From positions 4,942 to 68,941 of the forward strand of contig JANQQB010000331.1 in the NCBI GenBank assembly GCA_028285165.1: a DNA stretch of 64,000 nucleotides, written 5' to 3'. Shown piece after piece: positions 53,274-62,491 of the stretch. Positions within the stretch are counted from its first letter, which is position 1, and each line of letters begins with the position of its first letter. The translations under genes and the position numbers were made by a program. Source of the stretch: Rhodobiaceae bacterium (GTDB lineage: Bacteria; Pseudomonadota; Alphaproteobacteria; Rhizobiales; JANQQB01). The notes beneath the pieces were generated by a model, which searched no databases, had not been told where the DNA came from, and saw only the letters and a list, made by a program, of their open reading frames with translations.

Positions 53274-55391
53274 ATGAAGTTGAAGAGTATGGCAATGGCG
53301 GTGTCCGCCGCTTTTTTTATGGGCACATCGTCATCCAGTTTGGCGCAGGAGGCGCAAAACGCACAGGACGCCATTTTGCTCGGACCAATCGTCGTGCGCG
53401 GTGACAAGGTGAATCGTGATATCGGCAGCGCGACGGCCGGAACGACGGTGATCGATGGAGAAGTGGCCGGCGCGCCGAAGAACACCGACATAGATGACGT
53501 ACTACATGGCGAGGCGAACGTGCTTGCCAGTGAGGGTTTTTCGCTGCCCTCCATCCGCGGAATCGACTCCACAAGTGGCGGCCGCCCCAGTATTTCGGCA
53601 GGGTCTCAACCCAGGACGCCGATACTCGTCGACGACGTAGCTCTTCCGTCCAATGAATCCTCGGGTATTTCGCAGATCTCCATCTGGGATCTGGACTCCG
53701 CGGAGGTCGCCCGCGGACCGCAACCGACCAGTACGGGTCGTAACGCCATCGGTGGTGCCATCCGGGTCTATACCAAGGATCCGGTCTTCGAGCTGCAGAG
53801 TGCGGCCCGGCTTCGCTATCACAACAAGGACGACACCGGCTACGGCGCATTCATGATCAATGTCCCGATTGCACCAGACGAACTCGCCGTTCGGGTGACC
53901 GGCGAAGGCAGTGTCGGGGAGAGTTTCATCGAGATTCTGCCAACAGTTCCGGCGGGTTTTGATCCCGAAGACGAAAAATTCGGCCGTGTCCGCGGAAAGC
54001 TCCTGTACGAGCCAAAACGTATGCCTGATCTGAGCGTTCTTTTGAGCGTTGATCACGTCGTCAACGAGCAGCCTTCAGAGGGTCTTGTGAACGACGTGGA
54101 AAACATCCGCATCGATAACACCAATCCCTTTGCGCTGGTTTCCTCTTACGAAGACGTCAAGCAAACCGTTTATCAGATGCGGACAAGTTATCAGTTCAAC
54201 GACAGTTTCCGTCTGGTGGGCAGGGTCGCTTATCTAGACAACGATCTGGTGTTTCGGAACACCGGAGACGTCATAAACCTCGGCTTTCCCTTTATTCTGG
54301 GCGAAACCGGATTCGACAAAAATCAGATAGAAGGAGAGACCTATCTGCAGTTCGACGATATCGGTTTTATCCGGCGCGGCGTTCTCGGTGTCATTCACAA
54401 CACCGAAAACGAAGACGGTTACAACGACGGAACCGTTGAATTCTCTGCCGACGGCCGCATTCGAAACACCGGCATTTACGGAGAGTTGGAGCTCTCTGCA
54501 GACAGTGTCATCGATGGGCTGACCTTCATTGCAGGCGGTCGCCTAGAACTGGATGACCGGTTCCGCCGAACCCAGGCACCGCTCGGAAACCCGGTCGGAA
54601 ATGCGGATTTCCAGGAAACAGAGTTCCTGCCCAAACTTGGCGTTCGTTACGAACTGAACGACGACGTGTCGTTTGGCTACACCTACACGCGAGGCTTCCG
54701 CGCCGGCGGATTGGATGTGGACCTGACGGCCCCGATATTCGGCCTGCCCCTGTCTACCAGCGTGTTCGGTCCGGAATTCATCGATCAGCACGAGGTGTAC
54801 GCGCGTGGCAGTTTTATGGGCGGTAAGCTCGATGTATCGGCGACAGCATTTCATTACATCTGGGAGAACGCGCAGGTCGATGGGGCGGCTTCGTTTTTCG
54901 GGGGCGTTGTCTCGTTGATCGGAAATGTTCCCGAAGCGGTTGGCTATGGGGCAGAGTTCAACGCGTCCTATGAGATCATGCCGGCGGTCAGCATCCGGGC
55001 CGCCCTCGGATTATTGGACACAGAGATTACCGATGCCGGGGCAAACTTGGCGATATTCGATGGAGCGGCGCTCCCTCGGGCCCCGGACGTTACGGCCTCT
55101 TTCGGCCTGTCATGGTCTCCGATCAATAACCTGACCACGAATTTCGATGTCCGCCATGTCAGCAGCACCGTGACCGGTCTGGGCCAGCCCGAAATGTCCG
55201 GGTACACGGTCGCGGACATCTCGGCCGGTTATCGGGTGGCTTCGCAATTCGGCGAGTTCGAGGTCGAGGGCTTCGTGACCAACATCTTCGATGAGCGCTA
55301 TGAAACCTTCAAGGAGGTCTCGGGCATTGGGGTACTGAGCGCCGTCGGACGTCCAAGGACTTTCGGCGTGTCCCTCACAACCAAATGGTAG
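53274..55391 (+). CDS. TonB-dependent (siderophore-type) outer-membrane receptor
   Basis: Signal peptide, plug region (ILLGPIVVRGDK, SIRGIDS), a long beta-barrel, and a C-terminal aromatic residue (FGVSLTTKW). Confidence 0.9.
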   Translation: MKLKSMAMAVSAAFFMGTSSSSLAQEAQNAQDAILLGPIVVRGDKVNRDIGSATAGTTVIDGEVAGAPKNTDIDDVLHGEANVLASEGFSLPSIRGIDSTSGGRPSISAGSQPRTPILVDDVALPSNESSGISQISIWDLDSAEVARGPQPTSTGRNAIGGAIRVYTKDPVFELQSAARLRYHNKDDTGYGAFMINVPIAPDELAVRVTGEGSVGESFIEILPTVPAGFDPEDEKFGRVRGKLLYEPKRMPDLSVLLSVDHVVNEQPSEGLVNDVENIRIDNTNPFALVSSYEDVKQTVYQMRTSYQFNDSFRLVGRVAYLDNDLVFRNTGDVINLGFPFILGETGFDKNQIEGETYLQFDDIGFIRRGVLGVIHNTENEDGYNDGTVEFSADGRIRNTGIYGELELSADSVIDGLTFIAGGRLELDDRFRRTQAPLGNPVGNADFQETEFLPKLGVRYELNDDVSFGYTYTRGFRAGGLDVDLTAPIFGLPLSTSVFGPEFIDQHEVYARGSFMGGKLDVSATAFHYIWENAQVDGAASFFGGVVSLIGNVPEAVGYGAEFNASYEIMPAVSIRAALGLLDTEITDAGANLAIFDGAALPRAPDVTASFGLSWSPINNLTTNFDVRHVSSTVTGLGQPEMSGYTVADISAGYRVASQFGEFEVEGFVTNIFDERYETFKEVSGIGVLSAVGRPRTFGVSLTTKW

Positions 55392-55497
55392 CGGCTTTGA
55401 AGCATCAAACCCGACGATTCCAACAGACTTGTGTGCTGAAAGGCGCAACCTTTCTTTTCGCGAGAACTCACTCGACCTGTGAGAGGGGAGCTGTTGC

Positions 55498-57753
55498 ATG
55501 AGGTGGCGTGTTCTGTCCGTCGTTGCCGTCCTTTACGCTGTTCAGTTCATCCCGCTGTTCTTTGTTGTGATGGCCCTTCCGATCATCATGCGGCAGGAGG
55601 GGCATTCCGCGACGACGATCGGCCTCGTGCAACTCGCCAGTCTTCCGTACATCTTCAAGTTCTTATGGGCGCCGCTCATCGATCGCTACAAGCTTGGCCG
55701 GGACCGGTACAAATCCTGGATCCTGGCCCTGTCCGGAATTCACATTGCCGGGGTTGTCGTGCTTGCGATGTTCGATCCCTCCGGTCCGCTCGTTCCCCTG
55801 TTCGCCGCGCTTCTGATTGCCTGCATCGCTGTAAGCACCCAGGATGTGGCAGTAGATGCCCTGGTCATCTCGTTGCTGCGCCCCTCGGAACGCACGATGG
55901 GCGCAACGTTTCAGAATGCGGGCGCCTATGCCGGGGCAATCGTCGGCGGGTTCGGTTTTCTCTATCTTTTTGATCACATCGGCTGGACCGCGGCGCTGCT
56001 TATCCAAGCGGCTATGTTCGCCACGCCGCTGGTCTGCTTGATCTTCGTAAAGGAACCGCCACGGCTGCGTGGCATGCCCCCGGTCAATCTGCGCAATGCC
56101 TTGCGCTTCTTCACCCAGCCGCGCATGGGCAGATGGTTGGCGATCCTGGGAACGATCCGGCTTCCGCTCATTCTGACCATGCTGCCGTTGCGGCTTATGA
56201 TGGTCGACCAGGGCATGAGCATCGAGGAGATAGCCGTTTGGTTCGGCCTGTTCGCCATGTCGGCGGGCGGCGGGGCAACCGTGCTTTTGGGGCCGTTGTT
56301 GCGTAACCTACCGCGGGTCCGGGCGATCTATATCGTCGGCCTGTTGAACATTCCCGTCCTGATGGCCGTTGCCTTTGTCGCCGCTGCCCTGCCGGACCTG
56401 ATCCGGTACGCCATCATCCTTGCCTGGGTTGCGATCGCTCTTACGGATATCGTCATGTTCCGCGGTGCGATGGACAAGGTACGCCCTGAAATTCCGGGCT
56501 TCGACTTCTCGGTTCAGATCGCAATCTACATGGTGCTGCCGGGACTCACCGATCCCATCGTCGGGTATGTGATCGACACTTCCGGCTATCTGCCGACATT
56601 CCTGGCCGCAATCCCGCTTGCGCTTGTCCCGCTTGCCATCCTGTATTTTTCCGTGGCGCGCATTCGCGACTCTTCGAGAGGACTCGACGGGGACCGTTCG
56701 GTATCCACCGGTACCATGGCCACCAAAAGGCCTAAGGAAATCCTTGCTTTTTGCGACGGGGAATTCACCGAACACGGCATAAGCTGCACCTGGCCGGAGC
56801 CAAATCTGCTGCGGATGGAAGAGATGAATTGTCTCGTCGAAATGAAGGCGCTGGAGGGAGCCGTCGATATTCGGGTGGATACGCCCTCAGAGAACTTCAC
56901 GATCTTCATCCGCGACGAGATCATTGAGCATCTCGAGGAATTCGATCCGGAGGGTGTCAGGGATCTGCGATGGACCGGCGGGATCAAGGTCGGCGAATTG
57001 CCGTCGAATTTCCGTATCCTGCGCGCGAAGGAACGGCGCCAGATATTCCCCGGCCTGATGCGGGTTACGCTCGAAGGCATCGATGTCGAAGCGTTGACCA
57101 GGGACGGCATTCATATTCGTCTGATGATGCCGGAAGAACGCGGGCGAACGCCGGTATGGCCGGTGGTTGCTGAAAACGGGAGCACCGCCTGGCCAACGGG
57201 TGAGGACAGACTGCACACCCGCTTTGTGACGATCAGGGAAATCCGGATCGACGCTCGCGAAATCGACGTCGATGTTGCGCACCATGACGGCGGCCTGATC
57301 TCGGATTGGGCCGCGCTGCACGGCGACAAGCAGGAGGTCGGTGTTATGGGGCCTGCCGGAGACCACTCTCTCGCACATACCAAGAACATCGTCCTAGCCG
57401 CGGACTATACGGGTTTGCCGGCGCTTGCCCGATTGATCGAGAGTGCGGGCGGCGAAGCAACCGGACAGGTTTTCGCCGCCGCGCCGTCACAGGAGATGCT
57501 GGAATCCTATCTGCCACCGTCGAGGATGACGGTGACCGCGCTGGAACCGGACCGCTTTTCGGAAAAAGTCGCGGACCTTGTCCGAACCTGTGCCAGCGAA
57601 CCGGTTTCCTTCGGCTGGTTTGCGGGCGAGTTCAATGCTGCTCTGCGGGTCAGGACCATTTTCAAGAATGAAATGGGTCTGGACAAGAAGACGCAGCTCA
57701 GCGTCGCTTATTGGAAACAAGGCGCTCCGGGGCACAGCTCGCGCGCTATGTAG
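55498..57753 (+). CDS. Fusion protein: AmpG/RhtX-FptX-like MFS permease (N) plus siderophore-interacting protein/ferric reductase (C)
   Basis: Residues 1 to ~400 are 12-TM MFS (LPYIFKFLWAPLIDRY). The C-terminal ~300 aa have SIP features (RFVTIR FAD-binding-like, VLAADYTGLPALARL, WFAGEFNAALRVRTIF...VAYWKQG). Confidence 0.8.
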   Translation: MRWRVLSVVAVLYAVQFIPLFFVVMALPIIMRQEGHSATTIGLVQLASLPYIFKFLWAPLIDRYKLGRDRYKSWILALSGIHIAGVVVLAMFDPSGPLVPLFAALLIACIAVSTQDVAVDALVISLLRPSERTMGATFQNAGAYAGAIVGGFGFLYLFDHIGWTAALLIQAAMFATPLVCLIFVKEPPRLRGMPPVNLRNALRFFTQPRMGRWLAILGTIRLPLILTMLPLRLMMVDQGMSIEEIAVWFGLFAMSAGGGATVLLGPLLRNLPRVRAIYIVGLLNIPVLMAVAFVAAALPDLIRYAIILAWVAIALTDIVMFRGAMDKVRPEIPGFDFSVQIAIYMVLPGLTDPIVGYVIDTSGYLPTFLAAIPLALVPLAILYFSVARIRDSSRGLDGDRSVSTGTMATKRPKEILAFCDGEFTEHGISCTWPEPNLLRMEEMNCLVEMKALEGAVDIRVDTPSENFTIFIRDEIIEHLEEFDPEGVRDLRWTGGIKVGELPSNFRILRAKERRQIFPGLMRVTLEGIDVEALTRDGIHIRLMMPEERGRTPVWPVVAENGSTAWPTGEDRLHTRFVTIREIRIDAREIDVDVAHHDGGLISDWAALHGDKQEVGVMGPAGDHSLAHTKNIVLAADYTGLPALARLIESAGGEATGQVFAAAPSQEMLESYLPPSRMTVTALEPDRFSEKVADLVRTCASEPVSFGWFAGEFNAALRVRTIFKNEMGLDKKTQLSVAYWKQGAPGHSSRAM

Positions 57754-57783
57754 GTTTGACGAGGCGAGTGCGGCGCATGCCTT

Positions 57784-58587
57784 TCATTCGTTCGCTTTAT
57801 TGCCCGACGCCCCTTCGGCACGCATCATGCGCATGATCTGCTGCTCAAGGGCGGCATAGCCGTCGATGGCGATGACGGTCTCCTTGTCGGTGATGCGTTT
57901 GCCGTTCTTGAAGGCGGGGACGATCACATCGTGCACCTGGCCCGGATTGCGTGACATGAAGATGATCTTGTCGGCGAGAAAGATCGCTTCTTCGATATCG
58001 TGGGTCACCATCACGATTGTGGTGTCCTGGGCGCGGGCGATCTCGATCAGCAATTCCTGCATGTGCCAGCGCGTTTCCGCGTCGAGCGCGCCGAACGGTT
58101 CGTCCATCAGGAGCAATGACGGGTCGTTGGCAAGCGTCCGGGCGATCGCCACGCGCTGCTTCATGCCGCCGGACAATTGCGAGGGATAGGCGTCGGCAAA
58201 ATCCGAAAGATGCACGAGGTCGATGAAATGCCGTGCCCGCTCGCGACGTTCTCCCGCGGGCACGCCGTTGATGCGCATACCGTATTCCACATTGCCGCGC
58301 ACATTCAGCCAGTCGAACGACGTATAGGCCTGGAACACCATGCCGCGTTCCCGGTCCGGTCCTTCGATCGGATGGCCGTCCAGCACGAGCGAGCCCTCGC
58401 TCGGCTCCTCGAGACCGGCGATCATGCGCAGGACGGTCGACTTTCCGCATCCGGACGGACCCAGGATGACGCAGATCTCGTTGGCGGCAACCTCGAACGA
58501 GATGTCCCGCAACGCCTCGAAGCTGGCGCCGCGGCCGACTGGAAACCGCTTTGAGACGCCGCTCAGGTGCAGTTTTGCCTCGGGCAT
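57784..58587 (-). CDS. NitT/TauT-family ABC transporter ATP-binding protein
   Basis: GPSGCGKST, LSGGMKQRVAIARTL, LLMDEPFGALD. The start was set at the ATG at 58587 (MPEAKLHLSGVSKRF). Confidence 0.9.
   Translation of the reverse strand: MPEAKLHLSGVSKRFPVGRGASFEALRDISFEVAANEICVILGPSGCGKSTVLRMIAGLEEPSEGSLVLDGHPIEGPDRERGMVFQAYTSFDWLNVRGNVEYGMRINGVPAGERRERARHFIDLVHLSDFADAYPSQLSGGMKQRVAIARTLANDPSLLLMDEPFGALDAETRWHMQELLIEIARAQDTTIVMVTHDIEEAIFLADKIIFMSRNPGQVHDVIVPAFKNGKRITDKETVIAIDGYAALEQQIMRMMRAEGASGNKANE
57821..57955 (-). repeat. Direct repeat partner of 50939-51073 (3' end of the intact ATPase gene)
   Basis: Hand alignment gives 125/135 identical nucleotides in the same orientation. Confidence 0.8.
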
Positions 58588-58588
58588 G

Positions 58589-59404
58589 TCAGCGACCGCT
58601 GTTGTAAAGATAGGGGAACATGATCCGGTGAAGCCCCCGGAACAGCGCGTCGAAGAACAGGCCCAGCGCACCGATGACGAGGATGCCGCAGAGGATTTCA
58701 TCGGTATGCAGGAACCGCCGGGCGCGCATCATCATGGCGCCGACGCCGTTGGTTGAGGCAACGATTTCGGCGATCACCAGATAGGTCCAACTGACGGCCA
58801 GCATCTGGCGCATAGCGACGACGATGTTCGGCAGAACGGCGGGCAGGATGACCGTGCGCAGCGTCGTCCAGCGCCCGGCACCCAACGTCAAGGCGGTTTC
58901 CACCAGTTCAGAGCGCACCTCCCGCGTGTGGTCCATGATCAGCGTGATCAGGAAGAAGATCACGCCGATGAACAGGAGCGCGAGTTTCGGCCCTTCGCCG
59001 GTACCGAACCACATCAGAAGGATCGGGATGAAGGATGGCGCGGGAAGGTAACGCCATGCCGACACGAACGGATTGACGACCGCCTCGATCGCCGGGAACG
59101 ATCCCATGGCGACGCCCAGCGGGATGGCCACAAGGCATACAGCGGCAAAGCTCACTGCGACCCGCCCGACGCTGACCAGCACATCGCTTGCAAAGCCGCG
59201 CTCGACAAACAATTCCTCGAGGGTGACCAGAACCTTGCTGGGCGCCGGTACGAGCAGGTCATTGACGAGGCCGGCGACCGATACGCTTTCCCAGACGGTG
59301 AAGAAAAGTGCCCAGATTGCCAGCCCGGACAGCACCGCCTGGGTGCGCGAGACGGGAACCCGCAGGCCGAGCCAACGCCCGGTCCTGCGCGCTCCGCTAC
59401 TCAT
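58589..59404 (-). CDS. NitT/TauT-family ABC transporter permease
   Basis: Six-helix BPD-type permease. The ATG at 59404 overlaps the binding-protein stop by 8 nt. The track start is 59440. Confidence 0.85.
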   Translation of the reverse strand: MSSGARRTGRWLGLRVPVSRTQAVLSGLAIWALFFTVWESVSVAGLVNDLLVPAPSKVLVTLEELFVERGFASDVLVSVGRVAVSFAAVCLVAIPLGVAMGSFPAIEAVVNPFVSAWRYLPAPSFIPILLMWFGTGEGPKLALLFIGVIFFLITLIMDHTREVRSELVETALTLGAGRWTTLRTVILPAVLPNIVVAMRQMLAVSWTYLVIAEIVASTNGVGAMMMRARRFLHTDEILCGILVIGALGLFFDALFRGLHRIMFPYLYNSGR

Positions 59405-60470
59405 TGGGAGAAAGGGCCTGACGGTATCCTGCGGTGACAAGATCCTGCATCAGCGAACAATCGATGCCGGCATCCGGTTCATGCACCGTCTTCATCAGGT
59501 CGAGGCGGACCCACCAATCGTTGACGGTCTTGACCACGGTGCCCATGCCGCCATTGGCCAGCCCGAAGGGCGGGTCGCCGTCGAGCACGCCGCAGACCCG
59601 GGCGGCTTCGTCGAAATCGTACATGTAGATGCCGCCGTCCAGGAACTTGCCGTTGGTGCCGATGACCGATTGCACGTCCTCGACCGGCCATTTCAGAAAC
59701 TCCGCGAGGATCTTGTTCCCCGCCTCGGTGTTGTCATGCCACCAGGCGAGCGCATCGAACCGCGCCTTGAGCACGGCGGTCGCGACAGCCCGCCTTTCGG
59801 CAACGAACGTGCCGTTCATGTAGACAACGTCCATGAAGATCCCGGTCTTCAGCATGGCCGGATCGCCGGTGTTGACGGCGCTCGACGAGCCGGGAAGGTT
59901 GTCCATCACCTTGCTGATCCAGGGCTCGTAGAGATAGGCGGCGGCAAGATCCTTCGACATCATCGGACCGACCGCTTCGTCGGCGTTCAGGTTGACCCAG
60001 TCGACGTCTTTCAGCGATACGCCCTTGCTGTCGAGCCAGACGCCCATCAGCAATTGCCCGATATAGGCCTGCGGCGCCGCGATGCGCTTGCCGGCGATGT
60101 TGGACGGATCGACGTCGGGGGCGAGAATGATGTGGTCGACGCCATAGGACGGATTGGTGAAGGCGACATTGACCACGCCGGTGCCGCGGTCGATGGCAAG
60201 CGGCGTGTAGTCGCCGGTGCATTCATAGGCATCGATCTGGCCGGCGGCGAGCGCGGCATGTCCGCCGAGCGGATCGTCGAAGATTACCAGTTCAATGTCG
60301 AGATCCGGCGCCAGATCCTGCTGTTTCGCGATTTCGTGCAGCGCATATCCCGGCCATGAGACGCAGAGCCCGATCTTCACGCTCTCCTTGGCAAATCCGG
60401 TCGCGGTCGCCGCGAGCAGACCGGCAGTGACAAGCACCCCTTTAGTCAATGTCGAATGAAGTCCCCACAT
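59397..60470 (-). CDS. NitT/TauT-family (NMT1/THI5-like) ABC substrate-binding protein
   Basis: Signal peptide MWGLHSTLTKGVLVTAGLLAATATGFA. It is the first gene of the binding protein-permease-ATPase order. Confidence 0.8.
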   Translation of the reverse strand: MWGLHSTLTKGVLVTAGLLAATATGFAKESVKIGLCVSWPGYALHEIAKQQDLAPDLDIELVIFDDPLGGHAALAAGQIDAYECTGDYTPLAIDRGTGVVNVAFTNPSYGVDHIILAPDVDPSNIAGKRIAAPQAYIGQLLMGVWLDSKGVSLKDVDWVNLNADEAVGPMMSKDLAAAYLYEPWISKVMDNLPGSSSAVNTGDPAMLKTGIFMDVVYMNGTFVAERRAVATAVLKARFDALAWWHDNTEAGNKILAEFLKWPVEDVQSVIGTNGKFLDGGIYMYDFDEAARVCGVLDGDPPFGLANGGMGTVVKTVNDWWVRLDLMKTVHEPDAGIDCSLMQDLVTAGYRQALSPNE

Positions 60471-60621
60471 TCCGGTGTACCTTTCTTAAAGGTTTATTGA
60501 CTGGATAAATTTAGGCACTTAAAAATTATTGTGTCTACAAAAAAATCAATGATTGCGAGGCGACGCGAACGGGCTTTAAAGACCACCGGCGCACCGTCTT
60601 GGGGACCTTGGAAACGCATCG

Positions 60622-61254
60622 ATGGCTGGACTTCGGGAAAGACAGAAGGCACGGCGCCTGCAACGCATCCTGGAAGTGGCGCGCGCCCGGTTTCGCCGGG
60701 ACGGCTATGAAAAGGTGACGATCGACAGCATTGCCGAAGAGGCGGAAGTTTCGGCCGTAACCGTCTATAATTATTACGGCACCAAGGCCGGCCTGCTGTT
60801 GGCGCTGGTCAAGGAAAGCGACGATCTCCTGATTGCGCAATTGCGCCGCCTGATCGACGCCTTGCCGCCGGATCCGCGCGAGGCGATTGCCCGGTTCGGG
60901 CAGATCATGCGCCACCACGCGCTGACCTACCTGACCAAGCCCACATGGCGGGAAGTGCTTGCGGCCAGCATCATCGAGGGCGGATCCGAATTCGGCCGCA
61001 CCTATGCCGCGCTCGACCGGGTCCTGATCGACCTGATGGCTGATCTGGTCGCCGCCTATCAGGCAAGGGACGTGCTTCCGGACGACCTCGACAACATGGC
61101 CTTAGGCGATACGCTGTTCGGGATCCAGAACATTCGCTTCTTCCAATTCATTGCCGACGACGATCTCGACGATACCGAGGTCGACCGCCTGTTCCGCGCC
61201 GACATCGCCGGCATCTTTGCAGCCTCGATACAGAAGGAGACAGATCCGGCATGA
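60622..61254 (+). CDS. TetR/AcrR family transcriptional regulator
   Basis: HTH VTIDSIAEEAEVSAVTVYNYYGTKAGL. It is divergent from the ABC operon. Confidence 0.9.
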   Translation: MAGLRERQKARRLQRILEVARARFRRDGYEKVTIDSIAEEAEVSAVTVYNYYGTKAGLLLALVKESDDLLIAQLRRLIDALPPDPREAIARFGQIMRHHALTYLTKPTWREVLAASIIEGGSEFGRTYAALDRVLIDLMADLVAAYQARDVLPDDLDNMALGDTLFGIQNIRFFQFIADDDLDDTEVDRLFRADIAGIFAASIQKETDPA

Positions 61255-62222
61255 GCGGCCACGGATACGAGGGCGGGCGGCTTAATCTGCCGTTTGTCGG
61301 AATTTCCACCTTCGGCAAGAACCGCTATGTCGAGGACTGGGATGCCATTGACGCCGATGTCGCGGTTTTGGGCGCGCCGTTCGATTTCGGAACGCAATGG
61401 CGGTCCGGCGCCCGGTTCGGTCCGCGCGCCATCCGGGAAGCCTCGACCCTGTTCTCCTTCGGCCATGGCGGCGCCTACGACCACGAGGACGACGTCACCT
61501 ATCTGCCGGCCGACAAGGTCCGCATCGTCGATCTGGGCGACGCCGACATCGTGCATACGGACACGCTGAAGAGCCATGCCAATATCGAGCTCGGTGTTCG
61601 CAAGATCCTGACGGCCGGTGCGCTGCCGGTCGTGCTGGGCGGCGACCATTCCGTCAACATTCCCTGTATTGCCGCATTCGACGAAGACTGCCGGCGGTCC
61701 GGTCCGATCCACATCGTGCAGATCGACGCGCATCTCGACTTTGTCGACGAACGGCACGGCGTGCGCTACGGCCACGGCAACCCCATGCGCCGGGCAGCCG
61801 AGCGCGACTATGTGTCCGGTCTCAGCCAGATCGGCATTCGCAACGTCTCCTCGACCGCAAAGGAGGGCTATGAGGCGGCGCGCGCCATGGGATCCGACAT
61901 CCTGTCGGTCCGCCAGGCCCGCAAGCTCGGGACCGAGGCGGTGCTTGCCCGCATTCCTGAAGGCGCCCGCTACTACCTGACGATAGACATCGACGGTTTC
62001 GATCCCTCGATCGCGCCGGGCACGGGCACGCCGAGCCATGGCGGGTTTCTCTATTACGAAGTGCTGGAAGTGCTGGCCGGTCTGGCGCGCCGGGGCTCGA
62101 TCGTCGGCATCGACCTCGTCGAGGTGGCCCCCGATTACGATCACACCGGCACAACGGCGATCCTGGCTGCCCAGATACTTATGAACCTGATCGGCCGCAT
62201 CATGCACGCCCGGACAGGTTAG
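61251..62222 (+). CDS. Agmatinase/ureohydrolase family protein (guanidino-compound hydrolase)
   Basis: Mn-binding motifs LGGDHSV, VQIDAHLDF and YLTIDIDGFDPSIAPGTGTP. ATGA overlap with the TetR gene. Confidence 0.9.
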   Translation: MSGHGYEGGRLNLPFVGISTFGKNRYVEDWDAIDADVAVLGAPFDFGTQWRSGARFGPRAIREASTLFSFGHGGAYDHEDDVTYLPADKVRIVDLGDADIVHTDTLKSHANIELGVRKILTAGALPVVLGGDHSVNIPCIAAFDEDCRRSGPIHIVQIDAHLDFVDERHGVRYGHGNPMRRAAERDYVSGLSQIGIRNVSSTAKEGYEAARAMGSDILSVRQARKLGTEAVLARIPEGARYYLTIDIDGFDPSIAPGTGTPSHGGFLYYEVLEVLAGLARRGSIVGIDLVEVAPDYDHTGTTAILAAQILMNLIGRIMHARTG

Positions 62223-62490
62223 GGCCTGTTGGGGGTCATGGTTACGGTGTCGGTTTGGTCAGATTGGCTCGGGTTTGTGTTGTGAGGAGGAAGGACATGC
62301 CAAGCATATTCGACGACGAACGGCGCAAAGCCGAGCCAATCTGGCCAAATCCCTTCGGGACGGGCCCCATTTGGCCAATGGACGTCGTTGCGTCGCTTGC
62401 CCGATGTGCCGCATCGCGCTGCGCAACGCGCCTAGCCATTGGTCAAATGGGTCACGCCGACACCATAACCATGACCCCCAACAGGCCCTA
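62220..62490. mobile_element. MITE-like non-autonomous element (267 bp between TA dinucleotides)
   Basis: 32-nt terminal inverted repeats GGGCCTGTTGGGGGTCATGGTTACGGTGTCGG (62222-62253) and its complement (62457-62488), matching at 31/32. TA flanks both ends. An internal inverted repeat is CAGATTGGCTCGG / CCGAGCCAATCTG. Confidence 0.6.
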
Positions 62491-62491
62491 G

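Noticed and set aside
62255-62491. 78-aa ORF inside the MITE-like element
   Set aside because: It spans the internal and terminal inverted repeats of the element and has no RBS or family resemblance. It is most likely fortuitous.
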